In this document: positions 41,957-42,429 of the stretch, piece by piece
Layout of the letters: each line of letters begins with the position of its first letter
Numbering within the stretch: the first letter of the stretch is position 1
From: Acidobacteriota bacterium
GTDB taxonomy: Bacteria > Acidobacteriota > Terriglobia > Terriglobales > Acidobacteriaceae
Direction of reading: 5' to 3'
Assembly: GCA_021790655.1 (NCBI GenBank)
Contig: JAJYGR010000001.1
Location: forward strand, 1-42,429
Length of the DNA: 42,429 bases
Translations under genes and position numbers: made by a program
Notes under the pieces: model-generated
Database searches by the model: none
The model's input: only the letters and a program-made list of their open reading frames with translations
What the model was told of the DNA's origin: nothing

Positions 41957-42086
41957 ATAGAAAGCATACTACTGTCAAGCCTCCGTTTGCGCTGGAGGTA
42001 GTTTTTCTCTGGCTTACAGTTTTCTGCCAGTGAAGCACTGCGCAGGTCGTGCAAGAACAGAAATGACCGAGCATAGCGCAGCTCTT

Positions 42087-42429
42087 CTATGAAGGATGCA
42101 TGTGGCTGTGCCGGCTCGCATTCTCAGACGGCTTGCTCATCATGCGAAGCATCTGTGGGCCCCCGGTGCGCAGAAAACGCCAAGCGAGCAACGCGGCAAT
42201 TATCAGAAAAATAATATTGAGCCAGGTTGTGTAATTCCAGCGGATGCTTTCTTGGGCAATCTGGATCGAGCGCTCGTGCGGAATGAGATGCAGAAGACCA
42301 AAGATGAACTCGACAGCGAGAGCTGCTACCGACATGGAAAAATAAAAGACGACAGTCAAAAATGCCGTCATCTTCAGCCCGTAGTATTTGCGGTAGATGT
42401 CGAGAATGGGCAATACGATGAGATCGGCG
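42087..42429 (-). CDS. Permease (ArsP/DUF318-like), C-terminal part; gene continues beyond the window
   Basis: The reading frame is open to the window edge (ADLIVLPILDIYRKYYGLKMTAFLTVVFYFSMSVAALAVEF...). The LPILxIYRKYYG motif is typical of this permease family. Confidence 0.6.
   Translation of the reverse strand, partial: ADLIVLPILDIYRKYYGLKMTAFLTVVFYFSMSVAALAVEFIFGLLHLIPHERSIQIAQESIRWNYTTWLNIIFLIIAALLAWRFLRTGGPQMLRMMSKPSENASRHSHMHPS

Noticed and set aside
41979-42005. The hairpin CCTCC-gtttgcgct-GGAGG followed by a T5 run, as a terminator.
   Set aside because: The stem has only 5 bp. The T-run is on the plus strand, where no upstream gene ends. In the orientation of the minus-strand permease gene, no U-tract follows the stem.
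1-42429. I looked for tRNA/tmRNA genes (T-loop GGTTCGA-type motifs with cloverleaf context), rRNA, CRISPR repeats, IS elements with terminal inverted repeats, and integrase or transposase ORFs.
   Set aside because: None was found by eye. The only mobile-element hints are the orphan Gp157-family gene and the short ArdC-like ORF, so no mobile element boundaries are called.

Overview
This 42.4 kb window looks like a chromosomal segment of a Gram-negative soil bacterium. I infer Acidobacteriota-like from gene content only: a carboxypeptidase-regulatory-like TonB-dependent receptor, many ECF/anti-sigma and VapBC modules, and moderate-to-high GC. No rRNA, tRNA, CRISPR array, transposase or integrase was found. 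Contents from left to right follow. (1) A decayed HExxH metallopeptidase gene. (2) An ECF sigma gene that is frameshifted, followed by a four-gene cassette: a small Sec-signal, Cys-repeat precursor, DUF692 (MNIO/MbnB-like), DUF2063 and DoxX. This is a bufferin/HvfABC-type periplasmic RiPP metallophore cluster with an atypical precursor, and the sigma gene and the precursor share a roughly 45-bp promoter box. (3) A membrane-anchored TPR-CHAT protease plus an S41 peptidase, convergent with an anti-sigma/sigma-like pair. (4) An accessory islet holding small hypothetical genes, RNase HI, two VapBC modules, a lone siphovirus Gp157-family gene and a heavily frameshifted nitronate monooxygenase pseudogene. 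(5) A DMT / ArsB-NhaD permease / metallophosphoesterase operon. (6) A putative sigma54 regulon. It comprises a sensor kinase and an NtrC-type activator, a TonB-dependent receptor, and an operon of two paralogous poly-proline lipoproteins, an OM beta-barrel and a SHOCT protein. Three -24/-12 promoters each carry the same 17-bp dyad 81-82 bp upstream. (7) A metal-handling island: an RND/MFP/OMF efflux operon with a CaCA antiporter, a short CDF-like transporter, a MerR-MerC-thioredoxin-like operon without merA, an MFS transporter, a MarR-regulated membrane protein and a partial ArsP-like permease. The two systems most worth follow-up are the MNIO RiPP cassette (about 1.3-5.1 kb) and the sigma54/poly-proline envelope module (about 20.5-29.4 kb).
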